64,000 nucleotides of DNA from Octopus sinensis (lineage: Eukaryota). Every line of letters begins with the position of its first letter. The first letter of the stretch is position 1. Of this stretch, positions 52,503 through 63,900 are shown piece after piece. Below the pieces are notes generated by a model, which was given only the letters and a program-made list of their open reading frames with translations, searched no databases and was not told where the DNA came from. Where the stretch lies: assembly GCF_006345805.1 (NCBI RefSeq), contig NC_042997.1, positions 154,070,001 to 154,134,000 of the forward strand. The letters are read 5' to 3'. Both the position numbers and the translations under genes were made by a program.

Positions 52503-53274
52503 ACCTTTTTCCGGACCGACAGGTAAGACTACCGTAATTCTCTCTTCGCTTCCGTCTTTTCCTTCCTTTACATCACAAAAACCACGTTAAAAACTATCTT
52601 GTACCGAATATTTATATTTGTGAACTTAGTATTTATATTTCTTCCAGTAATTTATCGTAGTTGTTTACAAATAGCGAACATTAATATAGAGAGTGAGAGA
52701 CTTCGCCATTTTTACGTCAATCCCGGAAGTTGACATTGAGAAACCCTTTTGAAGAAGTGAATCATAAATATAAAGCAATATTCTTTATTTTTAATTTAAA
52801 AGAACCAAATGAAGAGCCTAACATGTGTCCGAGGTCAAATTATCCATGCATCACAAGTATGGAAGTAATTGGCGAAGCCGTTTTCGCGTGAAAAGCGTAT
52901 AAACACGCGCGCACACGCACTCTCTATTTTATATATTAGATTACAAATTTTCGTGAGATCGACTTTGCTGTTGGTCCCATTAGGATCGATGAAAGAAATA
53001 ACCCCAAGTCATCAGTTCAGTTGACTGTCGGTCACATACAATTTATGGAGAAATGATAATGGTAGTATATGGTGCAGAAATATTCAAGGAAATCTCATTA
53101 TAGATCTCTTCTTTAATTTCTAAAAATATGCTGTTTAGTGACACAAAACATAGCTTTACTTAAATATGTAACACAATTCAATTAGCAAGGGAAGATCAGG
53201 TGATAACATTTTGAGGATCTTTGTTTTCCTCTTTGTTTTCTGTACCCGATTTTGTTTAAATTTTCTTCACTGAT

Positions 53275-53932
53275 ATAAAAACACTGACTCACCACAAGTG
53301 TAGGATGTGCTCTGAGAAGGGAGAAAGTATTAGCCATAATTGTTAGTGAGTGCTGTAAGCTTGCACAACGCGAATATAAAAGGAGACACGACAATGTGGC
53401 CAAATATGTCCATTGGCTGTTGTGCGGAAAAGCAAACATCGAGAGAGCCGAACAATGCAATGAACATGGAAAACGAACATTACAAAATACTCTGGGATTT
53501 TAACATGCAGTGTGGCCAAGTCATAGAGGCAAGATGACCAGATATCGCGCTCATCCATAAAGAGGAAAAAGAAGTAAAGATAATAGATGTTGCAATACAA
53601 GGTGATTCGAGGGAGAAATTTTAAAAAACAGAAAAGACTGAGAAATACCAGCTACCGCGGGACGAAATGGGAAAGTTATGGGGCATTAGGAAAGTAATGG
53701 TGATATCGGTGGTAACTGGAGCATTAGAAGTTTTCAAGGGCTTTGAAAAACATATTAAGAATATTGGAGCTGCTGCCAGGCTCGACGTGGTTTAGAAGAC
53801 AGCATTGTTGGGTATAGCTTGCATTCTAAGGACAGTATTGTCCCTTTGAGCGACAGGAGAAGCCTTTGGTGATTTATTGTTGCCTACTTTCAAGTAAAGA
53901 ATAACTGGTAATTAAAAACTATCCGAGAGGCT

Positions 53933-53934
<2 letters not shown>
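53275..53934 (+). mobile_element. R4/Dong-like element, 3' portion (CCHC + RLE) ending at (TAA)n
   Basis: CRMC..GES.S..VSEC..L..YKRRHDNVAKYVHW, KILWDFNMQ, R.PDI..IIDVAI, EKYQ, VVTGAL. Confidence 0.8.
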
Positions 53935-53983
<49 letters not shown>

Positions 53984-54009
53984 GAAGTAGTAGTAGTAAT
54001 AATAATAAT

Positions 54010-54452
54010 TCTTTATACTAGAAGCACAAGGCCTCAAGTGTGATGGGAGGGAACTAGTCGATTACATCGACCCAAAAACTCAACTGGTACTTAATTCATC
54101 GGCCTTGAAAGGATGAAAGGCAAAGTCGACCTCGGTGGAATTTGAACTCAGAACATAGCAACAGACGAAATACCGCTAAGAATTTCGCCCAACGTGCTAA
54201 CGATTCTGCCAGCTCACCGCCTTAACAATAATAATCATAATCCTTTCTAATATAGGTACAAGGCTTGAAATTGGAGGAAAAGGACTAGTCGATTACATCG
54301 ACCTCAATGTTTCATTGGTATTTAATTTATCGATCCCCAAAAGGATGAAAAGCAAAGTTGACCTGGCGGAATTTGAACTCAAAGCATAGCCACTGGCGAA
54401 ATACTGCTAAGCATTTCGTCCAGCGTGCTAACGATTCTGCCAGCACGCCGCC

Positions 54453-54528
<76 letters not shown>

Positions 54529-54690
54529 TAATAATAATAATAATAATAATGGTTTCAAATGTTGGCACAAGGCCAGCAATTTCAGGGAGGGAGCGATAAG
54601 TCGATTACATCGACCCCCAGTACTAAACTGATACTTATTTTATCGAACCCCAGAAGTCGACCTCGGCGGAATTTGAACTGAGAACGTAGA
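54010..54690 (-). mobile_element. Three SINE B-like copies interspersed with (TAA)n
   Basis: GTCGACCTCGG.GGAATTTGAACT.AGAAC is repeated three times. Confidence 0.8.
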
Positions 54691-55415
54691 AAATACAATA
54701 GATCCTTCAACACAATATTTTGCCCCCAAAATTTGCAAAACATGCAAATGCGAAATGAAATGAAACTTAGTCCTTTCAAATTTGGCAATCCCTGTCTAGA
54801 TGAACATTGAAGTTGACGAGAGATTTTATATTCGTATGCAGGTCACAAAAACAAAGTTTGACGGTAAAGTTGACAGTAAAGTTGACTCCAGTGGCAGTTC
54901 ATATACTTGATACCACCAACCCCTTGAGGACCTTCTACATAGAGTAGAGAGCAAAAATAGCGAGAAGGCATAACTTTACAATCACAAAAACAACGGTTGT
55001 CAAAAAACAGCAGTACAAAATTGACAGCACCAGCATCAGCAACAGTAGCAGGAACAATGACAGCTGTAGGAATCCTCAAGATAACGTTAATAATAACAGA
55101 TGCAGAGACCAACAGGAGAGTTCCACCGTCATCACCAACACTATGATCAGAAAAAACCTTTGCTCATATTACGTTCATCAACACAAACATATGTTATACA
55201 CACACAGATACAAACACACGCTAAAATACACATACATCTACATCAACATACATGCTGGGATGCATTATACTGAAATAAATATATGTAATTATATCTAGTC
55301 GTATGAGTGTACGTAGATTAATATGTATGTACGTATGTGTAGAGGTATGATTATTTTAGCGTGTGTGTATGTGTGTGTATGAGTGGGTATATGCATGTAC
55401 TAATGGGTATGTGTG

Positions 55416-55484
<69 letters not shown>

Positions 55485-57075
55485 CTGCAAAGCGAATATA
55501 AGTGAGAGTACAAGTCACTGTATTTGAGAAGAATATTTTCGCTTTTGATATAGTATTTGCAACTAGAACATACTCGCGAATACACGTGTTAAAACGCACG
55601 TGTGTTACTTCCCGAAATCGAAGTGAATTTTATTCTTCGTCTGTGAATCAACAAGACACAGTATTTTTGAGAAGGATATTTTCGTTTTTGATGTATATCT
55701 GCGTGTTCTGAAAAAAGCCTCTGAAAAATTTGCTGCTTAATACCAAATCGCTTAGGAAAATACAGAAAGTATCGTCAAACTGTTGCATGTGCTAAATCGA
55801 AACTCAAATCCCTTTTGTTTACAAAATACGATTAAGGAATATAAAAGGTCTGTCTTATCTATCTATCTTCCTTTCTTATAAAAAGGAATCACGTAAGTAC
55901 TCTCTCAGCCGGTAAGGTAAGGAAGATATTATTTATTTATTTTGTTATCATTAGTGTTCTTTCAAACAGAAAAAAAAAAAAAAAGATATAAAAATATAAA
56001 AATACGCGCTATTCTATCTTTATAATCTTTATAATTTCGTCCTCCGTGCCTGCTACGCACTCTCTCTTTCTCTTTCTTACATTTCTATTTCTATCTCTCT
56101 CATACATTTTTATTATTTGTTATCATTAGTGTTCTTTCAACAGAAAATAATAATTAAAAAGATATAAAAATACGCGCTAATCTATCTTTATAATCTCTCC
56201 TTCTCTTTCTTACATTTCTATTTCTATCTCTCTCATACAGTTTATACCTTATCTGTCTCCCCATCCACCAGACCCTCTATTTCCGCTCTCACTCTCCCCT
56301 CCTCCCTCTCTCTCCCTCTGCCATCGTTTCTCTTTCTGCATCTCTCTCAGATCAACTTTCTCTCACCTCACCCCCTCTCTCAGTTCCTCAACTTCACTCA
56401 TTCTCTCTTGTATCTATACACCGCCCTCTTTCTCTCTCTCTCTGTCACTCCCCCTCCCTCTCTCTGCCTCTTTCCTCTCCGCTCCTTCACAGGTCAAACC
56501 CCTTTTCCTCTTCCCCTTCTGTCCCCTTATTTCTTTCTCTACACCACCCTCCCTGTCCCTTTACTACACTCTGTTGCGCCCCCTCTCTCCCTCTTCCCCC
56601 TTTTTTCTTCCTACCTTCCCTCTCCCTGTTCCCTCTAAGGCTCACCACCCCCTGTCTCTTTTTCCTCTCTCTGTCTCCTTCCTCCACACCACCCTCTCTG
56701 TCCATTTACTTCACTCCCTGGTACCTCTATCCTGCCCTCTCTCTCTCTCCCTCTCCATTTCATCTCTCTCTCTCTTCCTCTCCATTTTATCTCTCCGCCT
56801 TTCTTCTCCCTGCTCCCCCTAGGGTCCACCCTCTTGTCTCACTTTTCCACCCTGTCCCTTTCTACTACACCTCTATCCCGCTCACTCTCCCCCTGCTGAC
56901 CTGCCATTCTTTCACCTTTCTCTTTTTTCCCTCTTATCTTCTCTCTTTCTCTCTTCTCTCAGGACAATCCCCTCGTCTCTCTCTACCCCCTGGCTTTTCT
57001 CCTTTCTCTTCTCCCTCTCCATCTTATCTCTCCTTCTCTATCTCTCTCTCTGTTCCTATATTTCACTAGAAGAAA

Positions 57076-57990
57076 ATGGCAAGAAACTGGTCTGCGAGAG
57101 AGGTGCAATTGTTCGTCCGCGCTTGGAAGATCGCTGAGGACGACTCGCCGAACGACATTATTGCTGCGGCGCTGAAAAGCAACAATTTTTCGAGAACCAC
57201 CGCCCAGATAGAGCGAAAGAAGAGAGAAGTTATCCGTTCGTACGCTCTAATCAGGCAACATGTGGACACCCTGGACATCATCCTGGGAGGTGACGGCAGC
57301 AGGGAGGGCCAAAAGGATGAGGAAAGCATCCAGAGCCAAATGGAGAAGCCTGGAACACAGGGAAACGATGACACATGTCCAGCTTCCAACACCACAACTG
57401 AAGACCAAAGAGGTGCGATGGCCGCAAGAAAGGAAAGGCACCCTGGAATTGATGGGAAGCAGGAGGTAAAGGGTGACAGAATCAAGGCTAAAGGAAGCCC
57501 TGTCCAGAGAAAGCAGAGGGACCCCCAGCAAAAACTGTAAGGGCAGGGAAAGAAACACCTGCAAATTCTACCTGAGGGGGGACTGCTGGTACGGCGTTGA
57601 AGGTGCAAACTGTCGTTTTGCACATCGGAGGCCCTACCAAAACCGCACGGACGCGAGACAGAGGTCCGTCCCTCAGGGAGAACAAAAACAAAAACAAAAA
57701 GAAAAAGTTAAAAGAAGGGAAAAAAGCGCACTGACCACTACTGAAAGACGGTATGCAGATGTGGTGCGCGGAAACCCAACAGGTGGCCAGCTTCACCCAG
57801 ATGTGAGAAGGGCGGCAGCTGAACAGCAGTCTTTTTTGTGCATGGCACAAAAATTGTTCAGCAGCTGACCTGGCTACAAGCACAAAGCTGGAACTACCAC
57901 CACATAAGGCCACCTCCAACAGATGCAGGATGGCCACCACAGACACCAACACCAACACACACACGACAAAAATATTTCTACCTAATGTAG
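57076..57990 (+). CDS. LINE ORF1 (frameshifted): Myb/SANT-like N-terminus + CCCH zinc finger
   Basis: WSAREVQLFVRAW...IAAALKSNNFSRTTAQIERKKREV (57076..); CKFYLRGDCWYGVEGANCRFAH (57473..57868 frame); a probable third segment IVQQLTWLQ...YFYLM* ends at 57990. Confidence 0.7.
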
Positions 57991-60940
57991 GAGGGCTGCT
58001 GCGCGGAAACTGTAAAAAGAAAATTTCATTCCTGAGAGACCTTGTGACATGCAATCAAGCTATATGCATGGCACTCACAGAAACGCATCTTGAACCCGAT
58101 ATAGGTAATGCAGAAATACACATGCCGCAATATACAGTCATACGCACAGATAGAAAAGGGAGGAGCCATGGTGGAGTTGCAATGTACATCCGAGATGACC
58201 TCACGCCCCAGGTCCTGCTGTCATATTCAAACTCAGTATGTGAAACTCAAATTGTACACATAAGACAACTGAATATCGTCATATGCACTACATATCGCCC
58301 ACCAGATGCCCCAAAACACTCAGGCATGTTTGAAGACTGCCTAACAAAAATAGGAGAAGTCCTCACCAACCTTGAACAGCACAACAGTGTATTCTTCATG
58401 GGTGACTTTAACCTCCCCAATGTGGAATGGCCTGGGGGCAGATGCTCCCAGGGATGACACACCATCAGCAGGCACAGGTGGAGTCCCTGCTCCATCTCAC
58501 AAATGCCTCTTTCATGGAGCAAATAGTTCTGCAACCAACAAGGGCAGATAATATACTGGATCTCTGCTTCACAAACAATATGGATATTATCCATAATGTT
58601 AATGTGATGCCGACAATGATCTCGGATCACAACATAATAGAGCTGTCTATGTATGGAACAAAAGCCCCCGCAGACACACAGCCTATACGAAGCACCCACC
58701 ATCTCTCCAACTTAAACTTTCATAAAGCCAACTGGAAGTCGATTGAGAAAGAGATCCTCAAACAGGATTGGCCTGAATGTCTCTCCACACCGGACATAAA
58801 CATGAAACACAAACACTTCATGTCCATAATAAAAGCCATATGTGACAAATATGTCCCAATGTGCAGGGCCAGCACACACAAGAACAAAAACAGGATCCCT
58901 AGAGAAAGGAGGATTCTTATGAGACGACGGACAAGGATTGCAAACCGCCTGAGCAAGCACACCAAAAGTGGTGAGAAGTCTCGGCTCGAAAGAATGCTAA
59001 TGGAAACTGAGAAAAGTCTACATCAGTCCCATGAAAAGGAGAGAGCAGATAAAGAAGCTTGGGTAATAGAAAATATAAAATCAAACCCTAAAGCTTTCTT
59101 TAAGTTTGCCAAAGAGACAGCCACAGTGCACCAGAGAATAGGACCTCTCTTCCAAAAAGATGGCTCTCTCACAGGAAATCCCACGAGGATAAGTGAAATA
59201 CTGAACGAACAGTTCCAAAGTGTGTTCACTACACCTCTAGGACACAGGCAAGTAAACAACCCAGAAGAATTCTTTGCCACTTTACCAGCGGCCAAAGAGA
59301 CAAAAATTGAGTACATCAACATCGAAGAAGATGATATCACACTAGCCATTGATGAGATTGACACAAACTCAGCTGCTGGACCTGATGGATTCCCAGCGAT
59401 CCTTCTCAAATCGTGCAAACGAGCCCTTGCAAAACCACTACAGCTTCTTTTTCAGAGCTTTCTTGCAAGTGGTAAGCTCCCAGTCAAACTGAAAGAGGGG
59501 GTAATATGCCCTATCCATAAGGGAGGTAGCAGAGCAGATGCTAAAAATTATAGGCCTATCTCTCTGACCTCACACATCAGCAAAGTCATGGAACGAATAG
59601 TCCGTAAGAAACTAATCATGTTCCTTGAAGAAAATGACTTACTGTCTGACACCCAGCATGGATTTCGACCAGTTAGAGGCTGCCTAACACAGCTCCTGCA
59701 ACACTATGACTGGGTGTTGAAACAGCTACTAAATGGCTCAAATGTGGATGTAATATATCTTGACTTTGCAAAAGCCTTTGATAAAGTCGACCATGGTATG
59801 ATCTGTCACAAACTGCGTGGTCTCGGCATAGGCGGGAAACTTGGAGAGTGGCTGCACAACTTCCTAAAAGACAGAAAACAGGCAGTTGTGAGCAATGGAG
59901 CCACCTCCAAGGAAACGCAAATAACAAGCGGTGTCCCACAGGGCACTGTCTTGGGGCCACTGATGTTCATAGTGGCCCTTTCAGACATGCCTTCAGTTGC
60001 TACGATGACCACCCTTGCTAGCTATGCAGATGACACAAAAGTCTCCCACGCAATACAAAACCCTGAAAATATTGCGCATCTGCAACATGAGCTGGACACA
60101 ATATACAGGTGGGCTGAGGACAACAACATGCAGTTTAATGCAGGTAAGTTCCAGGCCCTGCGCTACTGGCACACAAAGGTAAATGACGTGAAGACTGGAT
60201 ACACTGGCCCAGGAAGAATTGCAATCCCTGAGTTAAAATCAGTGCGTGACCTGGGCATTGACATGAGCAATGATGCATCTTTCCAAATGCATATTGCTAA
60301 TCTGGTGATAAAATGCAGACGGCTAGCTGGATGGATTCTCCGAACTTTCAGAACAAGAGAGAAGGAGACACTGATGGTCCTATGGAAAACATTCGTCCTC
60401 AGCCGCTTGGGCTACTGCTCCCAACTTTGGTCACCGCACAATATAAAACAAACAGCAGAACTCGAAGCAACTCAGAGAAGCTACACAAAGAAAATCGTCT
60501 CAATGCAAAATGTCAGCTACTGGGAAATACTGAAGGTATTAAACCTCTTCTCCCTGGAGCGGAGGCGGGAGAGATATGCAGTGATATACATCTGGAAAAT
60601 CCTAGAGGGTCTTGTCCCAAACTTTGGCATTCAAAGTTACTCCAACCGCAGAACGGGGCGCTGCTGCGTGGTGCCAAGGATTCCAACATCACCATCAAAA
60701 TACAGGTCCAGATACTGCAACAGCTTGGGTTTCAGAGGACCACAGCTCTTTAACATCCTCCCTAAATGCCTGAGAGACTTACATGGTGTGGATGTGGGTT
60801 TCTTTAAAACTAAACTGGATCTCTTCTTGTTGGGAGTCCCAGATGAACCTACCTCACGACAGGAGACACGGATGCGGGCAGCAGCATCGAACTCCCTTGT
60901 TGATCAAGTGCCACGTATCAGAGGTGGATTCACAAACTAG
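57930..60940 (+). CDS. LINE ORF2 endonuclease/reverse transcriptase (one frameshift at ~58435)
   Basis: APE motifs LTETHL, GGVAMY, YRPP, GDFNLP, LDL, SDHN; RT motifs YLDFAKAFD, GVPQGTVLGP, YADDTK, RDLG; C-terminal SLERRRERY. Confidence 0.92.
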
Positions 60941-61026
60941 TGTAGCTCATTCAGCGGTGGTGCCCCAGCATGGCCGCGGCCTTCGGGCTAAAACATTTTT
61001 AAGGATTTAAGGATTTAAGGATTTAA

Positions 61027-61080
<54 letters not shown>

Positions 61081-61173
61081 AGAGTTTAAGAAAAAAAAAC
61101 AAAAGACGAAAACAGGTGGTGTACAAAACAAACAGATGTATTAGTTAGTATAACGCTCAGGAATAGAAAAAGT

Positions 61174-61209
61174 CTTTTACGTTTCGAGCCAACGCTCTTC
61201 AACAGAAAG
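61174..61209 (-). ncRNA. Hammerhead-ribozyme-like motif (Penelope-type, variant core)
   Basis: Minus strand: cttt CTGTTGAA gagc gttg gctc GAAA cgta aaag; stems I and II pair perfectly. Confidence 0.6.
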
Positions 61210-61329
61210 GGACACAGGAAAAAAAAAACAAGGAGAGAAACAAGGAGAGAAATTTTCTAATCTACCATCGCATTTGTTGGAGTTAATATCTTCAAATGTA
61301 TACAGTATATTGCATTATTCTTATTCAAA

Positions 61330-62300
61330 ATGACCAGAAAGAGGCCCCCACGTGGAAATGAAGGCAAACATGCGGAAAGAAGTCATGTAGACATTACATT
61401 GGACGTTAAAATTGATGCTTTACAAATATATGACGCGGGTGTTAAACCCAGTTCTATTGCAAAAGCAGTAACGTTTTTAGTGAGAACAATATGTGACAAT
61501 AAAGACACTCTTAGGCCAAGAGCTACGGTGTTAACTGCCTGGACTTCATTCTTTTCACAGATCTCATGTGATGTCTGATATGGAAGGCTTCTGAGTAAGT
61601 GAATCAACGACCCACATACGACTGGAAGTAATATGCCGATAAACAAAATGATCATTCAAGTGAAAGTTAAAAGTTTGCATAGATTTACAGAAAGAGGACG
61701 CAACTTTTCTGGCTAATAAGATCTAATTTGAAATATTTGAGAGGTCCCTTAGTGTGCACATTAAAATGACTGGTGAGGCTGTAACTGATTGTCCTAAAGA
61801 GCTGAAGAAAATTATTGTTCAAGAAAGCCAAACACCTAAACAGGTGCAAAAAGTTGATGAAACCAGATCTTGCTAAAAGTACATTCCCGCAAGTTCTTTT
61901 TTTTTTTTGTTAAGAAAATCAGCAGTTTTCTTTAAAACTTCCAAAAATCGCCTGCCGCTTCTTGGTGAGGGTTGGGTGGGGGATAAACTGCTGCTGATAA
62001 TATGAAATTAATGTCTCTACATGTGTAACATAGCATTCAAATAAGAAACTTGGATGGCTACGAACCTTCTCCAAGACTAGTTTACAGACTTGTTCCCCCT
62101 GTTGTACAATGGTACAGTACAAAGTGTAATATTTTCAACAAGGAACTGCTCTTTCTGACAATTCAGTAAGCCACTCGATGAACTTAAATGATCCTTCTGA
62201 TTATGTGAAAGTGGAATATAGCCACAAGAACTCAGCTCATCTGGTCCAGTCAATGGATCAAGATGTGATAGCTAATACATGGTGTGTTATTTGAGAGCTT
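61330..62300 (+). mobile_element. Tigger/pogo transposase pseudogene
   Basis: ITLDVKIDAL..YDAG....IAK..VRTI..NKD (CENP-B-type HTH); HIKMTGEA..PKELKKII..PKQV..VDET; VQSMDQDVI. Confidence 0.7.
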
Positions 62301-63344
62301 TGAAAAAATGGGGGTGGTAAACTTAGAAGAGACTAGTGGAATGTACTCAACGGCGTGCTGGCATCATCGTTAGAGTTTTAGAAATAAAACTTCTTGTGAT
62401 ATTTTCTCCGATTCTTTACGTTCTAAGTTCAAACCCAGCCTGGGTCAACTTTTCCCTTCATCCTTTCGAGGTTGATCAAATAAACTGCGGCACAAGTACT
62501 GGGACCGATGTAATATTCTAGCATGTCTTTCCTCAAAATTGCAGATTATGTGCTAAAATTAGAAACCATTCATTATTTAAGGCCTGGGCTGAATCTCATA
62601 GTTTTGTTTGTTCGTTGAAAATATTTTCTTTGTAATTTTCCTAACCTACTTTCATAGGCTGAGATATTTAGGTCAAGAAGATAACTGTATTGCGTTTCAC
62701 GAGTTGTTCTGGGTTAATTGTTATCAAAATATTCAACATAAACCTGTCGTAAACTTCTACAATTGCTTCAAAAGAACAAATTGAAGTTGGGCTTTCTGAA
62801 ATAAGCTAACACTATGAATTATTATCGAGTTTCAGAGAAGTCAATAAATTTAATAGGTAATTTTTATTATAAATCATAAAACTACGAAGTAAGTACCCAC
62901 CTGTTGAAATGCAGTGACTTGTGTATAGGAAAATCGATCGGAAAAGGTGGCACGAATAATTCAGGGTGTTATTTATAATAATATCCTACATTATTCATAG
63001 GCCAAGTTTTATTAATACTGAAAAATAACAAAGTATGTTAAACATTTTGTAAATAATCCTCGATAAAAAGAAGAGAAATAAAATATTGCTAGATTTAAAA
63101 CCGCTGAATATCTATCTGGTACGTATACCCCTAGATCAGAACAAGGTGTTACTGATTATACTAAGGTAGATGTCGGCAACAGTGAGCCACTGATGTATTC
63201 TCTGTAAGCCTCTCTCAAAAAAATTTCGAATGCAGTGTAATTGTTAAGTAGTTGACGGCCCTTAAATACTCTTGTGTGCAACGATTCGTTAAGATTTTAC
63301 TTGAATCAGAATTTCCAAATGATAGAAATGGTAGTGGTTGCCGC

Positions 63345-63788
63345 ATACATACACATACATATACATACACACACATACACACACATATACATACACACAC
63401 ATATACTTACATACACACACATACATACACACACATACATACATACATACATACATACACATACATACACACACATATATATGCACATACATACACACAC
63501 ACATACATACATACATACATACATACATACATACATACATACATACACATACATACACACACATACATATGCACATACATACACACACATACACACATAC
63601 ACACATATATACGCATACACACATATACACACATACACACACATACATGCACATACATGTATTCATACATACATGCACATATGCATATAAACATACATAC
63701 ATAGACATACATACACACACATACATACACATACATACACATACATATACATACATACATATACATACACACTTACATATACATACAT
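63345..63788. repeat. (TACA)n/(CA)n compound microsatellite
   Basis: Read directly. Confidence 0.97.
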
Positions 63789-63864
63789 TCAAAATGTGAC
63801 CGTGTGTGTACCGTTGGCGATTTTTTCCCTCAGTCTTCCCTTCTCTGGATCTTTCCTTTTCCTA

Positions 63865-63900
63865 TGTTTCTGACGAAGAGCTCCGCTCGAAACGTTAAGC
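63865..63900 (+). ncRNA. Minimal hammerhead ribozyme motif in a Penelope-type short element
   Basis: CTGACGAA gagc tcc gctc GAAA cgtta; palindromic AACGTT at helix III. Confidence 0.7.

Larger units (their letters stand above)
55928..61029 (+). mobile_element. Near full-length CR1-group LINE (5' boundary uncertain)
   Basis: Duplicated segment and CT-rich leader, ORF1, ORF2 (APE+RT), short 3'UTR and (TTTAAGGA)n tail abutting (TA)n. Confidence 0.85.

Noticed and set aside
56408-56829. Leu/Pro/Ser-rich and Gly/Arg/Glu-rich ORFs
   Set aside because: Artefacts of the CT-rich low-complexity tract.
57066-60012. Several antisense ORFs over the LINE (and 44862-45705, 51494-52305)
   Set aside because: Shadow ORFs on the opposite strand of RT coding sequence.
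63215-63799. Long His/Thr/Tyr- and Val/Cys/Met-rich ORFs
   Set aside because: They are translations of the (TACA)n/(CA)n microsatellite.
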